From: Bacteroidota bacterium
Lineage (GTDB): Bacteria > Bacteroidota > Bacteroidia > UKL13-3
Direction of reading: 5' to 3'
NCBI GenBank assembly: GCA_027491355.1
Contig: JAIXWI010000005.1
Location: 38,228-102,227 of the forward strand
Length of the DNA stretch: 64,000 nt
Below the pieces are notes generated by a model that saw nothing but the letters and a program-made list of their open reading frames with translations, did not search any database and was not told the origin of the DNA. Both the position numbers and the translations under genes were made by a program. This document shows, one piece after another, positions 38,695-50,359 of the stretch; position 1 is the first letter of the stretch; each line of letters begins with the position of its first letter.

Positions 38695-40284
38695 ATGGTA
38701 AATCATCCCAATAAGTGGCAAACTTTTATCTATGGTCTATTGATTGCATGCGGTATCCTCATCGGAATTTTTTTAAGACCCGGAAACCAATATGCAAATG
38801 CTCCAAGCACAGAGAATAAAATTTCTGAAATTTTAGGCATCATCCAGCAAGCCTACGTAGACACAGTGAACATTGAATCTATCGAAAAAAAATCAATCGA
38901 TGAATTGCTGTCTAATTTAGATCCTCATTCTGTCTATATTCCTGCTGCCGACTTAAAAATGGCCAACGAACAATTGGAGGGCAATTTTGAAGGAATTGGA
39001 GTTGAGTTCAATATTTTCAATGATACCATTATGATTGTAAGTGCCCTTAACGGGGGGCCTGCACAAGCATTAGGCATTCAATCTGGAGACCGAATTGTGC
39101 AAGTAGATACCATTCCTGTTGCCTCTAAAGGAATTAATTCTGAAAAAGTATTCAAACTGCTCAGAGGAAAAGGAGGAACCGAAGTAGATGTTTGGATATA
39201 CAGACCTTCAAATCGTCAAAAAATAAAATACCGCATAACCAGAGGTACCATTCCAATTTACAGTGTGGATGCTAGTTTTATGTTAAATGAAAAAACAGGC
39301 TACATCAAAATCAGTCGCTTTGCTGAAAAAACACACGAGGAATTTATAAATGCAGTTGAAGCATTGCAATCAGAAGGATTGAAAGAATTGGTGATTGATT
39401 TAAGAGGCAATCCAGGGGGCTATTTAGGCATTGCAACCAAAATTGTAGATGAATTGCTGTCGGATAAAAAACTCATTGTTTTTACTAAAGGTATTAACAA
39501 AGCTCGAGTTGATTACATCACTGAAAAACAAGGCATATTTGAAAATGGCAAATTGGCTGTCTTAATAGATGAGGGTTCAGCATCAGCCAGTGAAATTTTA
39601 TCAGGTGCCGTTCAAGATTGGGACCGAGGAACCATCATAGGTAGGAGAAGTTTTGGAAAAGGATTGGTTCAAGAGCCTTTCGATTTAAAAGATGGGTCTC
39701 AAGTGAGGTTAACTGTTGCAAGGTATTATACCCCAAGCGAGCGTTGCATCCAAAAGTCTTATGCCCCTGGTAAAGATTATGACCATGAAATTTACGACCG
39801 CATTGCCAAAGGAGAATTGGAAAACCCATCAAATGAATCCGTTGCAGATACGACTGCTTATTTTACAAAAATCAAGGGCAGAATTGTACATGGTGGTGGT
39901 GGCATCAATCCAGATGTGTTTGTACCGCTAGACACTGCATACGCCTCTTCTTATTTAGCTGCAATTGCTGCCAATGGCTTATTGGGGAAATTTGCATACG
40001 ATTACCTAGATAAAAACAGGGAAAAGATAAATGCATTTGCTTCTTTGGTTCAGTACAACAAAGCCTTTCAATTGTCTGAAACAGATCTGCAAGCCTTTCA
40101 AAAATACACCCATACACAAGGCGTTGATTCACCTTCAAAAGCTGATTTGGCAACAAGCACAGCCTTTATTCAACTTCAGCTGAAAGCTTTAATTGCCCGT
40201 CAAATTTGGAGAGAAAATGGTTATTATTTCGTTACAAAAGAAAATGACAAAACCATACAAGCGGCAATCAACGCGCTCAAATAA
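38695..40284 (+). CDS. S41A carboxy-terminal processing protease
   Basis: PDZ domain, 'DLRGNPGG', 'SASASEI', 'SFGKGLVQ', 'ARYYTPS'. Confidence 0.95.
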   Translation: MVNHPNKWQTFIYGLLIACGILIGIFLRPGNQYANAPSTENKISEILGIIQQAYVDTVNIESIEKKSIDELLSNLDPHSVYIPAADLKMANEQLEGNFEGIGVEFNIFNDTIMIVSALNGGPAQALGIQSGDRIVQVDTIPVASKGINSEKVFKLLRGKGGTEVDVWIYRPSNRQKIKYRITRGTIPIYSVDASFMLNEKTGYIKISRFAEKTHEEFINAVEALQSEGLKELVIDLRGNPGGYLGIATKIVDELLSDKKLIVFTKGINKARVDYITEKQGIFENGKLAVLIDEGSASASEILSGAVQDWDRGTIIGRRSFGKGLVQEPFDLKDGSQVRLTVARYYTPSERCIQKSYAPGKDYDHEIYDRIAKGELENPSNESVADTTAYFTKIKGRIVHGGGGINPDVFVPLDTAYASSYLAAIAANGLLGKFAYDYLDKNREKINAFASLVQYNKAFQLSETDLQAFQKYTHTQGVDSPSKADLATSTAFIQLQLKALIARQIWRENGYYFVTKENDKTIQAAINALK

Positions 40285-40290
40285 ATTTAT

Positions 40291-40959
40291 TCAATCTGTA
40301 TTGAACTTATACTGTAATGGAAATTGAAAACTCAAGTATTTGATAGTTCTACCTTGAGCTGCAAATAATTTTTCGTAATGGGTGCGAATGTCTTTGACAT
40401 AAGCATCTACGGTATTTGAATGGTAAACATTTCTTTCAATGAATAACAACGGTATTTGAAGTTCAGACAATAAAGCTACAGTATATTCAAACAATTGGTC
40501 GTCATCTGTTTTAAAATGAATTATTCCTCCGGGTTTTAACACCTGCTGGTACCGTTTTAAAAATTGAATTCCCGTTAGCCTGTATTTTTCATGCCTGTCT
40601 TTTGGGAAAGGGTCAGGGAATGTAATCCAAATTTCATCTACTTCATTGGCATCAAAAACCTCTTCAATTTTTTCAATAATGAGCCTACAAAATGCAACAT
40701 TTGTTCTGGCCAATTCTTGAGCTATTTTAGCACCCTTCCACATGCGGTTACTTTTGACATCAATGCCAATAAAATTTTTTTCAAGGAAAGCACCTGAAAG
40801 TGCAACAGTATACTCTCCTTTGCCACATCCAAGCTCTAGAACCAATGGATTATTATTTTTAAAAACAGTTGATTTCCAATTTGATTTCAATTGAAATGGA
40901 AATTCAAAACAGTTAGGAAGTAGTTTGTACTCTGCAAATTTTCGAAGTTTGTCTTTCAT
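40291..40959 (-). CDS. trmB: tRNA (guanine-N7)-methyltransferase
   Basis: 'LELGCGKGEY', 'WITFPDP', 'HFKTD', 'THYE'. Confidence 0.95.
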   Translation of the reverse strand: MKDKLRKFAEYKLLPNCFEFPFQLKSNWKSTVFKNNNPLVLELGCGKGEYTVALSGAFLEKNFIGIDVKSNRMWKGAKIAQELARTNVAFCRLIIEKIEEVFDANEVDEIWITFPDPFPKDRHEKYRLTGIQFLKRYQQVLKPGGIIHFKTDDDQLFEYTVALLSELQIPLLFIERNVYHSNTVDAYVKDIRTHYEKLFAAQGRTIKYLSFQFPLQYKFNTD

Positions 40960-40975
40960 GAAGGATTGCCAAAAT

Positions 40976-42271
40976 TTATTCGCTTTTTTGACTAGCAGGA
41001 TTGTTGTTGTCTATGAATGCATTTTTGAGTGTATTGACACTTGGATTGAGTAATAATTGTAACATAGGTCCTGCCATTACTGAAGTAACTACAGCCATCA
41101 CTACAATTGCTACAAATAAATGCTCGCCAATTAAATTAGCTTGTAAGGCCAGTGTAGCTAAAATAATTTCCATTGCCCCTCTGGCATTCATACCAAAACC
41201 TACAGCCAATGCTTCTTTTTTAGACAACCCTCCCCACAAAGCACCTAAACCTGCACCAACAAGCTTACATACTATTGCTAAAATTAGCACAATCAATACA
41301 ATTTTAATGTCAAAATTGACTATGAAATTTACTTTTAGACCAACTGCTATAAAAAACAATGGCGCAAAAATATTGGTAACAAACTGATGAACAATGTCTC
41401 TTGTTTTTTCAGTGACATGTACTGAATCACCAATGGCTATTCCCATAATAAATGCACCAAAAATGGCATGTATACCGGCATATTCTGTAAAAGCTGCTCC
41501 TAAAAAAGCCAACCCCAAACTGATAGACAAAAAGCCCCCCGGCCAAGTAAAATTTTTCTCAGCCCATGGTAAAGATTTATTAATTAAAAACCTGCCTACA
41601 GTAAGCATACCTACTGCATACATCAAAGTCAAACCAAGTGTATAAACAAAATCAACCCCACCTGCACTTTTGTTCAGCAACCCTAAAATTACTGAAAACA
41701 ACAACCAACCAATTAAATCATCAAACATGGCTGCAGCAATAATAATCATGCCTATTCGGGTTCTAAACAAGCCCAAATCCATGAGCGTTCTAGCAATAAC
41801 GGGCAAGGCAGATACGGCCATCGCAGTTCCCATAAACAAACTGAACGGCAAAATATTGTTGGCATTAGATTCGCCAAACAATTCATAAAAATACCTGCCA
41901 AAGAAATAGCCTAAACCCAATGGTATAATCAAGCCAACCAAACTGGTTTTAAACGCAACAGCACCTTGCTGGCGAATCAATGAAAGTTCAACTTCCATTC
42001 CTGCTACAAATAACAACATGATTACAGATATAGAGGTAAGGCCGTTCAATGCTATACCCACATTACCTGTTCCATTAAAAAACCATTTAGAAATTTCCGG
42101 AAAATAAGTACCCAAAAAACTTGGTCCCAACAATATGCCAGCAATGAGTTCTCCTACTATCAATGGCATTTTGAATTTCCTAAAAAACTCTCCAACCAGC
42201 CTAGCTGCAATGAGCATGGCACCTATACATACAATAAATTTTATGAGTTCGTGGTGGCTAAGCGTAATCAA
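40976..42271 (-). CDS. Cation:proton antiporter (CPA2/Kef type)
   Basis: 'GELIAGILLGPS', 'SALPVIARTL', 'AAMFDDLIGW', 'MNARGAMEII'. Confidence 0.92.
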   Translation of the reverse strand: MITLSHHELIKFIVCIGAMLIAARLVGEFFRKFKMPLIVGELIAGILLGPSFLGTYFPEISKWFFNGTGNVGIALNGLTSISVIMLLFVAGMEVELSLIRQQGAVAFKTSLVGLIIPLGLGYFFGRYFYELFGESNANNILPFSLFMGTAMAVSALPVIARTLMDLGLFRTRIGMIIIAAAMFDDLIGWLLFSVILGLLNKSAGGVDFVYTLGLTLMYAVGMLTVGRFLINKSLPWAEKNFTWPGGFLSISLGLAFLGAAFTEYAGIHAIFGAFIMGIAIGDSVHVTEKTRDIVHQFVTNIFAPLFFIAVGLKVNFIVNFDIKIVLIVLILAIVCKLVGAGLGALWGGLSKKEALAVGFGMNARGAMEIILATLALQANLIGEHLFVAIVVMAVVTSVMAGPMLQLLLNPSVNTLKNAFIDNNNPASQKSE

Positions 42272-43134
42272 AGCGTATATTGGGTTTCTTGTACAATTAA
42301 TAAATTACATGGGAGGTCGGCCAAAGCAAATTCAATATCATGCGGAAAAACACGGTCTATTAAATTCATCTGTTTATCTGGTGAATTCAAAACCAATAAA
42401 TCAGCTTGTTTTTCACGCGCAAACTTACTGATTACATACCCAGGTTTACCTTCTATTCGTTCAGTACAAACAGTAATGCCACCACAATCATTGCATTTTA
42501 ATATCTCTTCCAATTTAAGGTCTTCTTCCTTCACAAATTCTTCTTTAATGGCTTCTACTTCAGCTTCCTTTAATTCTTCATGTCTTATCAATGCCATCTT
42601 ACTCAAATCTGTTTCTTGAATGATGTTGAGTGATGCTGCCTGATAAGCTTTTCCTATTGCAATTGCAGTAGCTATTGTATATTCTGATTTGGGGTGGTCG
42701 CTACCCTCCACAACTATGTGTTTGAAACCTGTTGGATGAATGTTTGGTTCAGTAAGCATGAGCATACTGCATTTAACCTTACGGCTTAATTTTCTCGCAA
42801 CACCACCTAAAAAATATTTCAAAAGGTTCTCTTTTTCCAAAGCACCTGCAACCAACAAATCAATGGATTCATTTTGGCAAATTGTTAAAATAGTTTCAAC
42901 TGTTTCACCTTCTTCCCAAATAATTTTATTGGTATTGGCGTCTAATCCAAACCTGTGAATGAGGTGTTTTAAGTATTGTTCTTGATGGATAGTTTTCTTT
43001 CCAATATGAATAAAAACCAGCTGCGAACCTAACTTAACTTGAAGTTGTTTTGCCTCAGCCAATAGTGCCTCGCAGCGTGGCGAAAACGCTACTGCAATTG
43101 CAATTTTTTTGAAAGGATTTTCAACTAAATTCAT
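42268..43134 (-). CDS. Tandem universal stress protein
   Basis: Two USP folds: 'FKKIAIAV', 'IDLLVAGA', 'ADLLVL', 'PCNLLIV'. Confidence 0.88.
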   Translation of the reverse strand: MNLVENPFKKIAIAVAFSPRCEALLAEAKQLQVKLGSQLVFIHIGKKTIHQEQYLKHLIHRFGLDANTNKIIWEEGETVETILTICQNESIDLLVAGALEKENLLKYFLGGVARKLSRKVKCSMLMLTEPNIHPTGFKHIVVEGSDHPKSEYTIATAIAIGKAYQAASLNIIQETDLSKMALIRHEELKEAEVEAIKEEFVKEEDLKLEEILKCNDCGGITVCTERIEGKPGYVISKFAREKQADLLVLNSPDKQMNLIDRVFPHDIEFALADLPCNLLIVQETQYTL

Positions 43135-43207
43135 GAAACAATTATACGGAAATAAAGCTTGTTTTTGTCGGTGTTTACCGATTATTTGTTAAACTTGTAG
43201 TGTTCTT

Positions 43208-45256
43208 ATGAAAAAAGAAACTTTACTAGAGGCTTATACGCTGATGTGTTCAGCCAGGGCTATGGCAGATATTTATGATGCCAATAGGTCTGTAACCAAA
43301 TATGTTCACTCAACCAGCCGTGGGCATGAGGCCATACAGCTTGCTGTGGGTTTGCAATTGCAGGCACAAGATTTTGCATCCCCCTATTACCGTGACGAGA
43401 GCATGTTATTGGCAATGGGCATGAGTCCTTACGAATTAATGCTACAACTCTTGGCCAAATCAGAAGACCCATTTTCAGGGGGACGAACTTACTACAGTCA
43501 TCCTAGTTTAAAAAGAGATGGATTTCCAAGAATGCCACACCAAAGTAGCGCTACAGGCATGCAGGCCATACCTGCTACAGGGATGGCGCATGGGGTTGCA
43601 TATTTAGAATCACAGGGCTTGATAGATTTAAATGAAAAACCCGTTGTCTTGTGCAGTTTGGGTGATGGTTCGGTTACAGAAGGAGAAGTTGCAGAAGCCT
43701 TTCAAATGGCTGTTTTAAAAAACCTACCTGTATTTTACTTGATTCAAGACAATGATTGGGGTATCAGTGCCAGCGGTTCAGAAATGCGGGCAATGGATGC
43801 TTATGAATATGCAGGAGGTTTCAAGGGTTTACAAAGATTAAGAGTGGATGGAAGTGACTTTGAAAAATCATGGATAGCTGTTCACCAATGCATCGACTAT
43901 GTGCGTGAAAAAAGAGGTCCTATTTTGTTGCATGCCAAAGTTCCTTTGTTGGGTCACCACACTTCAGGGGTAAGAAAAGAATGGTACAGAACAGAGGAGG
44001 ATCTTACCAAGCATGGTCGCCTTGATCCGCTTGATAAACTGTATGTAAAACTGGTACAACTAGGAGTGAGTGAACAAGAATTGGCTGAAATCAATGCAAT
44101 AGAAACTGACCGGGTTGCACAACAATTTAAACAAGCCGTTGAAGCAGAAAACCCATCTATAACTTCAGCAACCGACCACGTTTATGCACCTAGTCAAGCA
44201 ACAGAAGAAGTAGGTAATAGAGCCCCATTAGGTAAAGAACCTGTAGTAATGGTAGATGCCGCTTTGCACGCTGTTGATGAATTGATGCACAAACATCCTG
44301 AATGTATTTTTTACGGACAAGATGTGGGTTTAAGATTAGGTGGAGTATTCCGAGAAGCTGCAACTTTGGCTGCAAAATATGGAGAAAATAGGGTATTCAA
44401 CACACCCATTCAAGAAGCATACATTGTAGGTTCAACAGTTGGTATGAGTGCTGTTGGGGTAAAACCAATCGTTGAAATTCAATTTGCCGATTATGTTTGG
44501 AGCGGCATCAACCAATTGGTGTGCGAAGTTTCAAAATCTTGCTACCTCAGCATGGGGAAATATCCAATCAGTGCCATCATTCGCATTCCAATAGGTGCAT
44601 ACGGTGGTGGTGGACCTTACCATTCTGGCAGTATAGAATCTACTTTGTTAACTATCAAGGGAATAAAAATTGCCTATCCAAGTAATGCTGCCGATATGAA
44701 AGGACTCATGAAAGCTGCCTATTACGACGGCAACCCTTGCATTATGTTGGAACACAAAGGACTTTATTGGAGTAAAAATCCGGGTACAGAAACTGCTAGG
44801 TGCATTGAACCAGATGCAGATTATGTTTTACCTTTTGGAAAAGCAGCAATTGTTCAACATGCAAGTGATGTGGCCATAGACATGGGCGAATCTTGTTTGG
44901 TAGTCACTTATGGCATGGGCGTTCATTGGGCTTTAGCAGCTGCCAAACAATTGAATGGGAATATTGAAATTTTAGACTTAAGAACCCTACAACCATTAGA
45001 TGAAGCCACCATTATGGAGCGTGTGCAAGTTCATGGCAAATGTTTGGTATTGACTGAAGAACCTTTGTTAAACTCATTTGCAGAAAGTTTAGCTGCCCGG
45101 ATCATGCAACAATGTTTTCAAAAATTAGATGCCCCAGTTGCTACATTAGGGGCTCAAAATGTACCTGCCATTCCTCTGAATACTGATTTAGAAGCTGCCA
45201 TATTACCGAATGTAGAAAAATTGCTGACTGCTTTACAACATTTATTGAACGCTTAA
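43208..45256 (+). CDS. 2-oxoacid dehydrogenase E1, fused alpha/beta subunits
   Basis: TPP motif 'GDG..TEG...QDN', 'GQDVG..GGVFR', 'NTPIQE', 'VEIQFADY', 'DLRTL'. Confidence 0.93.
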   Translation: MKKETLLEAYTLMCSARAMADIYDANRSVTKYVHSTSRGHEAIQLAVGLQLQAQDFASPYYRDESMLLAMGMSPYELMLQLLAKSEDPFSGGRTYYSHPSLKRDGFPRMPHQSSATGMQAIPATGMAHGVAYLESQGLIDLNEKPVVLCSLGDGSVTEGEVAEAFQMAVLKNLPVFYLIQDNDWGISASGSEMRAMDAYEYAGGFKGLQRLRVDGSDFEKSWIAVHQCIDYVREKRGPILLHAKVPLLGHHTSGVRKEWYRTEEDLTKHGRLDPLDKLYVKLVQLGVSEQELAEINAIETDRVAQQFKQAVEAENPSITSATDHVYAPSQATEEVGNRAPLGKEPVVMVDAALHAVDELMHKHPECIFYGQDVGLRLGGVFREAATLAAKYGENRVFNTPIQEAYIVGSTVGMSAVGVKPIVEIQFADYVWSGINQLVCEVSKSCYLSMGKYPISAIIRIPIGAYGGGGPYHSGSIESTLLTIKGIKIAYPSNAADMKGLMKAAYYDGNPCIMLEHKGLYWSKNPGTETARCIEPDADYVLPFGKAAIVQHASDVAIDMGESCLVVTYGMGVHWALAAAKQLNGNIEILDLRTLQPLDEATIMERVQVHGKCLVLTEEPLLNSFAESLAARIMQQCFQKLDAPVATLGAQNVPAIPLNTDLEAAILPNVEKLLTALQHLLNA

Positions 45257-45344
45257 ATAATTTCAAAAAAATAGCCCTATTTATCCAGAAACTATTTGGC
45301 AATAGTAGGAATAAACTGCAACTTTGTGCTTTCTCTATTTTACC

Positions 45345-47585
45345 ATGAGCCAAGTACAACCAGTAGGAAATTTAGCAAGCCTTGAACAAGCACAGCAACT
45401 GGGTTTAAGACCCGAAGAATTCGAAAAAATCAAAGAAATTTTAGGCAGAGTACCCACTTTTACTGAACTGAGTATTTATTCTGTGATGTGGAGTGAACAT
45501 TGCTCCTACAAAAACTCTATCATTTGGTTAAAAACACTTCCAAAAGAAGGTGAAAAAATGTTGGCCAAAGCAGGTGAAGAAAACGCCGGTTTAATTGATA
45601 TAGGTGATGGCTTGGCTTGCTGTTTTAAAATCGAATCACATAACCATCCTTCTGCTATTGAGCCATACCAAGGTGCGGCAACTGGGGTTGGAGGCATTAA
45701 CCGTGATATTTTCTCAATGGGAGCAAGACCAATTGCTCAACTCAACTCTTTGCGTTTTGGCAACATCCACAATGAAAGAACCAAGTGGTTGGTGAGAGGT
45801 GTTGTAAAAGGAATTGGCAATTATGGCAATGCATTTGGAATACCAACAGTAGGTGGCGAAGTCTATTTTGATGATTGTTACCAAATCAACCCGCTGGTAA
45901 ATGCAATGAGTGTTGGCATTGCAAAAGTTGGGCATACTGTTTCTGCCATTGCTGACGGACCCGGAAACCCAGTTTATATTTTTGGGTCTGCAACTGGCAA
46001 AGATGGCATCCATGGTGCTGCATTTGCCTCTAAAGACATAACCGAAGATTCAGCCAAAGATTTACCATCAGTTCAAGTTGGAGATCCCTTTTGGGAGAAG
46101 TTGATATTAGAAGCCAGCATGGAGTTGCTTGAAACCAATGCCATTGTAGGTATGCAAGACATGGGTGCTGCGGGCATTACTTGTTCAACCAGTGAAATGG
46201 CAGCTAAGTCTAAAACAGGTATGAAAATATGGCTTGACAAAGTTCCAATGCGTCAGGCCGACATGAAAGATTGGGAAATTTTATTGAGCGAAAGCCAAGA
46301 GCGCATGCTGGTCATCGTTAAAAAAGGACAAGAAAAAACAGTTGAAAAAATATTCGAAAAATGGGATTTAACTTATGCCATCATCGGTGAAGTTACAGAC
46401 TCAGCACACGTTCAATATTACATGAACAATGAACTCCGAGCCCATATTCCCGCAGAAAGTTTGGTATTAGGTGGAGGAGCCCCAGTTTATGAGAGAACTT
46501 ACACTGAGCCTAAATATTTCAAAGAAATTCAAGCTTTTCAACTTGACAACATTACAGATTGTACCATTGAGGAAGCAAAAGACATTGCAAAATGGATATT
46601 GGCACAACCAAACATTGCTAGCAAAAAATGGGTATACAATCAATACGACAGCATGGTTGGTACCATCAACCAAAGTACAAACAAGCATTCAGATGCAGCT
46701 GTTGTAAAAGTGAAAGGAACAGACAAATCAATTGCAATGACTGTTGATTGTAACAGCCGATTTGTATATGCCGATCCTTTCAAAGGAGGCATGATGGCCG
46801 TTACTGAAGCAGCAAGAAATTTAGTGTGTTCAGGAGCAGAACCAGCTGCAATTACCAACTGTTTGAATTTTGGTAACCCATACAATCCTGAAGTGTATTA
46901 CCAATTTGTTTATGCCATTAAAGGTATGGGCGAAGCATGTAGAAAATTTGACACCCCAGTAACGGGCGGTAATGTGAGTTTTTACAATCAAAGCAGTGAT
47001 GAAAATGCAGTTTTTCCTACTCCAACAATTGGTATGGTGGGCTTGATTCCTGGTGGTGGCAAACAAATGACCCTTGACTTTAAAAAAGAAGGAGATTTGA
47101 TTTATGTATTGGGCGAACAACACAACGATATCAGCAGCTCACAGTACTTGGTACATTACAAAAAAGTAAAGCAAAGCCCTGCACCTTTTTTTGATTTAGA
47201 CCAAGACCACAAAACACAAAAAGCATTGCTTGAAGCCATTGCTCAACAATTGGTTGAGTCGGCTCACGATACCAGTGAAGGCGGTTTGTTTGTAGCCTTG
47301 TTTGAATCTGCAAAACCCAATCAAATGGGTTTTCATATCCAACAAAATAAAAACATCCGAAATGATGCCTATTTATTTGGTGAAACACAGGGTCGCATCG
47401 TAGTTTCTGTTACGCCACTTAAAAAGCAAGCATTTGAGAACTTATTGAGTCAACACAGTGTAAGTTTTGACTGTATTGGTCATGTAAGTGCAGGAAGTAT
47501 AGACATAAACGGAACATCTTTTGGTACTACTTTAGAATACATTGATACCTATGAAAACAGTTTAGGTAGTCTGTTAGAATCATAA
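45345..47585 (+). CDS. purL: Phosphoribosylformylglycinamidine synthase subunit PurL (short form)
   Basis: 'WSEHCSYK', 'ESHNHPS', 'DMGAAG', 'LSESQERM', 'GGNVSFYN'. Confidence 0.97.
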   Translation: MSQVQPVGNLASLEQAQQLGLRPEEFEKIKEILGRVPTFTELSIYSVMWSEHCSYKNSIIWLKTLPKEGEKMLAKAGEENAGLIDIGDGLACCFKIESHNHPSAIEPYQGAATGVGGINRDIFSMGARPIAQLNSLRFGNIHNERTKWLVRGVVKGIGNYGNAFGIPTVGGEVYFDDCYQINPLVNAMSVGIAKVGHTVSAIADGPGNPVYIFGSATGKDGIHGAAFASKDITEDSAKDLPSVQVGDPFWEKLILEASMELLETNAIVGMQDMGAAGITCSTSEMAAKSKTGMKIWLDKVPMRQADMKDWEILLSESQERMLVIVKKGQEKTVEKIFEKWDLTYAIIGEVTDSAHVQYYMNNELRAHIPAESLVLGGGAPVYERTYTEPKYFKEIQAFQLDNITDCTIEEAKDIAKWILAQPNIASKKWVYNQYDSMVGTINQSTNKHSDAAVVKVKGTDKSIAMTVDCNSRFVYADPFKGGMMAVTEAARNLVCSGAEPAAITNCLNFGNPYNPEVYYQFVYAIKGMGEACRKFDTPVTGGNVSFYNQSSDENAVFPTPTIGMVGLIPGGGKQMTLDFKKEGDLIYVLGEQHNDISSSQYLVHYKKVKQSPAPFFDLDQDHKTQKALLEAIAQQLVESAHDTSEGGLFVALFESAKPNQMGFHIQQNKNIRNDAYLFGETQGRIVVSVTPLKKQAFENLLSQHSVSFDCIGHVSAGSIDINGTSFGTTLEYIDTYENSLGSLLES

Positions 47586-47604
47586 CATTACCAATCCCTC
47601 AAAA

Positions 47605-48441
47605 ATGGCACTCGATCAGTTAGAAGACGAATACAATTCAGAAGAAAAAGAAATGAGCTTCTTCGACCATGTCGATGAGTTGAGAAGCCATATCATGAAA
47701 TCTGTAATTGCCATTTTTGTATGCGCAATAGTAGTGTTCTTTAACAAATACCTCTTGTTTGATGTCATTTTATTTGGACCTATGCATACAGATTTTTGGA
47801 CCTACCAAATCATGTGCGAGCTTTCCAATAAATTCATCGGTAACGATATGTACTGTGTCAAAGAGATTGGTTTTGTATTGTCTAACATTGATATCACTGG
47901 CCAATTTACTCAGCATTTATTCATTTCATTTGTAGGTGGTATTATTGTTGCATTCCCTTTTGTGCTTTGGCAACTATGGCGCTTTATCAAGCCTGCACTG
48001 AACGAAAAAGAAATCAATTATGCCAAAGGACTTGTGTTTTTTAGTTCTATGTTATTTTTCATAGGCATTGCTTTTGGTTATTTCATATTGTCACCATTGT
48101 CAATCCAGTTTTTGGGCTCCTATCAGGTTAGTAGCTTGGTAAGCAATGAAATCAACCTGGAGTCTTATGTATCTTTTGTTTCAACTTTAACATTTGCAAC
48201 CGGCATTATTTTTGAAATGCCGATATTGGTTTATTTCTTAGCTAAAATAGGCATTCTTGGTAGTCGTTTGATGAGCAAATATAGAAGGTATGCAATTGTT
48301 GTGATTTTAATCATAGCAGGTATCTTGACCCCTTCTCCAGACATGGCGAGTCAGATCATGATGGCCATTCCATTGTACGGGCTTTACGAGCTAAGTATCA
48401 TTGTTGCAAGACGTGTAGAAAAAAATAAAAATAAAAAATAG
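47605..48441 (+). CDS. tatC: Twin-arginine translocase subunit TatC
   Basis: 'MSFFDHVDELR', 'WRFIKPAL', 'FEMP', 'LTPSPD..SQ', 'LYE'. Confidence 0.96.
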   Translation: MALDQLEDEYNSEEKEMSFFDHVDELRSHIMKSVIAIFVCAIVVFFNKYLLFDVILFGPMHTDFWTYQIMCELSNKFIGNDMYCVKEIGFVLSNIDITGQFTQHLFISFVGGIIVAFPFVLWQLWRFIKPALNEKEINYAKGLVFFSSMLFFIGIAFGYFILSPLSIQFLGSYQVSSLVSNEINLESYVSFVSTLTFATGIIFEMPILVYFLAKIGILGSRLMSKYRRYAIVVILIIAGILTPSPDMASQIMMAIPLYGLYELSIIVARRVEKNKNKK

Positions 48442-48442
48442 T

Positions 48443-48877
48443 ATGGGTATCAAAATAGCCATTGCTGCAGATCATGCAGGTTTTGAGTACAAAACAGCCA
48501 TCAAACAATTTTTAACCGAAAAAGGATTTGAATGCATTGATTTTGGTGCACATTCATCTGATTCAGTAGACTATCCAGATGTTACTCATCCTTTGGCAAA
48601 TGAAGTAGTGACTGGCAACAGCACTTTTGGAATCTTAATCTGTGGCAGTGGCAATGGTGTTTGCATGACAGCCAATAAACACCAAGGTATCCGCGCTGCT
48701 TTATGCTGGAACAAAGAATTAGGAGAATTGGCCAGGTTGCACAACAACGCAAATGTGCTTTGTTTGCCTGCACGTTTCATTGATTTACACACTGCAATTG
48801 CCATTTGTGAGGTATTTTTAAATACCGCATTCGAAGGTGGAAGACATGCCAACAGGGTTCAAAAAATAAACTGTTAA
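48443..48877 (+). CDS. rpiB: Ribose-5-phosphate isomerase B
   Basis: 'DHAG', 'DYPD', 'CGSGNG', 'HNNAN', 'FEGGRH'. Confidence 0.97.
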   Translation: MGIKIAIAADHAGFEYKTAIKQFLTEKGFECIDFGAHSSDSVDYPDVTHPLANEVVTGNSTFGILICGSGNGVCMTANKHQGIRAALCWNKELGELARLHNNANVLCLPARFIDLHTAIAICEVFLNTAFEGGRHANRVQKINC

Positions 48878-49786
48878 TTGACAAACGAAGCAAGCATAGC
48901 AGCCATCTCGAATGGTAATGTTCGAGCCATTTCAAGAGCCATTTCAGGTATTGAAGATGAACACCCTGCTTATTCAGAATTGTTAAAAAGCTTGCAATTT
49001 AAAAACACACCTGTAATTGGTTTTACAGGACCTCCTGGCGCAGGAAAGAGTACACTCATTAGCGCATTGCTATCTCATTTAAATACGCTCAACAAAAGGG
49101 TTGCTGTGGTTGCTGTAGATCCTAGTTCGCCCTTTAGCAAAGGCGCATTGCTTGGTGACCGCTTGCGCATGAACGAGCATTATTTACTTCCCAATGTATT
49201 TATCAGGAGTATGGCAACCAGAGGCAGTTTGGGTGGTTTAGCCCCTAAGGTTTTTGAAGTTTGTGACCTATTAAAATGCGCCAATTTTGATTATATATTT
49301 ATTGAAACTGTGGGCGTTGGACAAAGTGAAGTTGAAATTGCTGCATTGGCAGATACCACAGTTTTGGTTTTAGTACCTGAAGCTGGTGATGACATTCAAA
49401 CCATTAAAAGTGGGATCATGGAAATTGCCGACGTATATGTGCTTAACAAATCGGACCGAAGTGGTGCCGATATTTTTTACAGAAACTTGGTTCAATTGGC
49501 ACATCAAACGGCCAATAAAGATTGGGAAAACCCCGTTGTACAAACCATTGCCAACGATAAAAAGGGTGTTGAAAAATTACTAGATGCCATTGTTGCTCAT
49601 CAACACAGCGAACACCACCACGAGAAAAAAATTGAACTCCTAGTTAAGAAAGCCATCAACCTCATTACCCAATCCAGGATCAAGGACTTGGTTCCAGAAG
49701 AAATTAAAAAAAATATCCAAACTGAATTTAGTGAAAACTTTAACCTGTACAGGTTTGTTAAAAGGTTTATACAATCAGCAAAATGA
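48878..49786 (+). CDS. meaB: Methylmalonyl-CoA mutase-associated GTPase MeaB
   Basis: 'GPPGAGKST', 'VDPSSP..GALLGDR.RM', 'ETVGVGQSE', 'NKSD'. Confidence 0.93.
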   Translation: MTNEASIAAISNGNVRAISRAISGIEDEHPAYSELLKSLQFKNTPVIGFTGPPGAGKSTLISALLSHLNTLNKRVAVVAVDPSSPFSKGALLGDRLRMNEHYLLPNVFIRSMATRGSLGGLAPKVFEVCDLLKCANFDYIFIETVGVGQSEVEIAALADTTVLVLVPEAGDDIQTIKSGIMEIADVYVLNKSDRSGADIFYRNLVQLAHQTANKDWENPVVQTIANDKKGVEKLLDAIVAHQHSEHHHEKKIELLVKKAINLITQSRIKDLVPEEIKKNIQTEFSENFNLYRFVKRFIQSAK

Positions 49787-50358
49787 AAATTACCATTGTT
49801 TCTGGCTCTGCCAGAGAAAACAACAATACCATCCGTGTAGCCCTAGCACTTAAAAAAATGTTGGAGCAAGCGCATGAAGTTCAAGTCATAGATTTCAACC
49901 ATTACGATATTCCTTTTCTATCTCAAGGCGGCTTCAAACCAACAACATTGACTAAATTTCAAGCACATTGCGTAACCGCACTTGATGAAAGTAACCTGAT
50001 TTTATTTGTCTCACCAGAATACAATTGGAGTACAACCCCAGAATTGCTCAATTTGTTGCATTGTTTGGGTACTGCTCCATTTAAAAATGCATTACAAAAT
50101 AAAGTGTTTTCTTTTGTTGGGGTATCAACAGGTAAAGGCGGTAAAGCGCCTGCCATTCAGTTGATGCAAATTGTAAACAAGCTCATTGGATTTAGCCAAA
50201 CCGAATCAATTGTTTCAGCTAAAATATTTGAGGTTCATTTTGTAAAAGAAGTACTAGATGAAAATGGAAACAGTTTAGGCAACCAACTTTTCGACAATGG
50301 TTTCAAAGAATATTTGAATTACACATTGGATATAGCTAAGAGGTGGCTGAGGGCTTAA
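49783..50358 (+). CDS. NADPH-dependent FMN reductase family protein
   Basis: 'IVSGSAR', 'SPEYNWS', 'VSTGKGG'. Confidence 0.88.
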   Translation: MKITIVSGSARENNNTIRVALALKKMLEQAHEVQVIDFNHYDIPFLSQGGFKPTTLTKFQAHCVTALDESNLILFVSPEYNWSTTPELLNLLHCLGTAPFKNALQNKVFSFVGVSTGKGGKAPAIQLMQIVNKLIGFSQTESIVSAKIFEVHFVKEVLDENGNSLGNQLFDNGFKEYLNYTLDIAKRWLRA

Positions 50359-50359
50359 T

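Noticed and set aside
40976-43134. USP plus CPA2 antiporter pair as a novel system
   Set aside because: This is a common, well-known association, often seen as a fusion.
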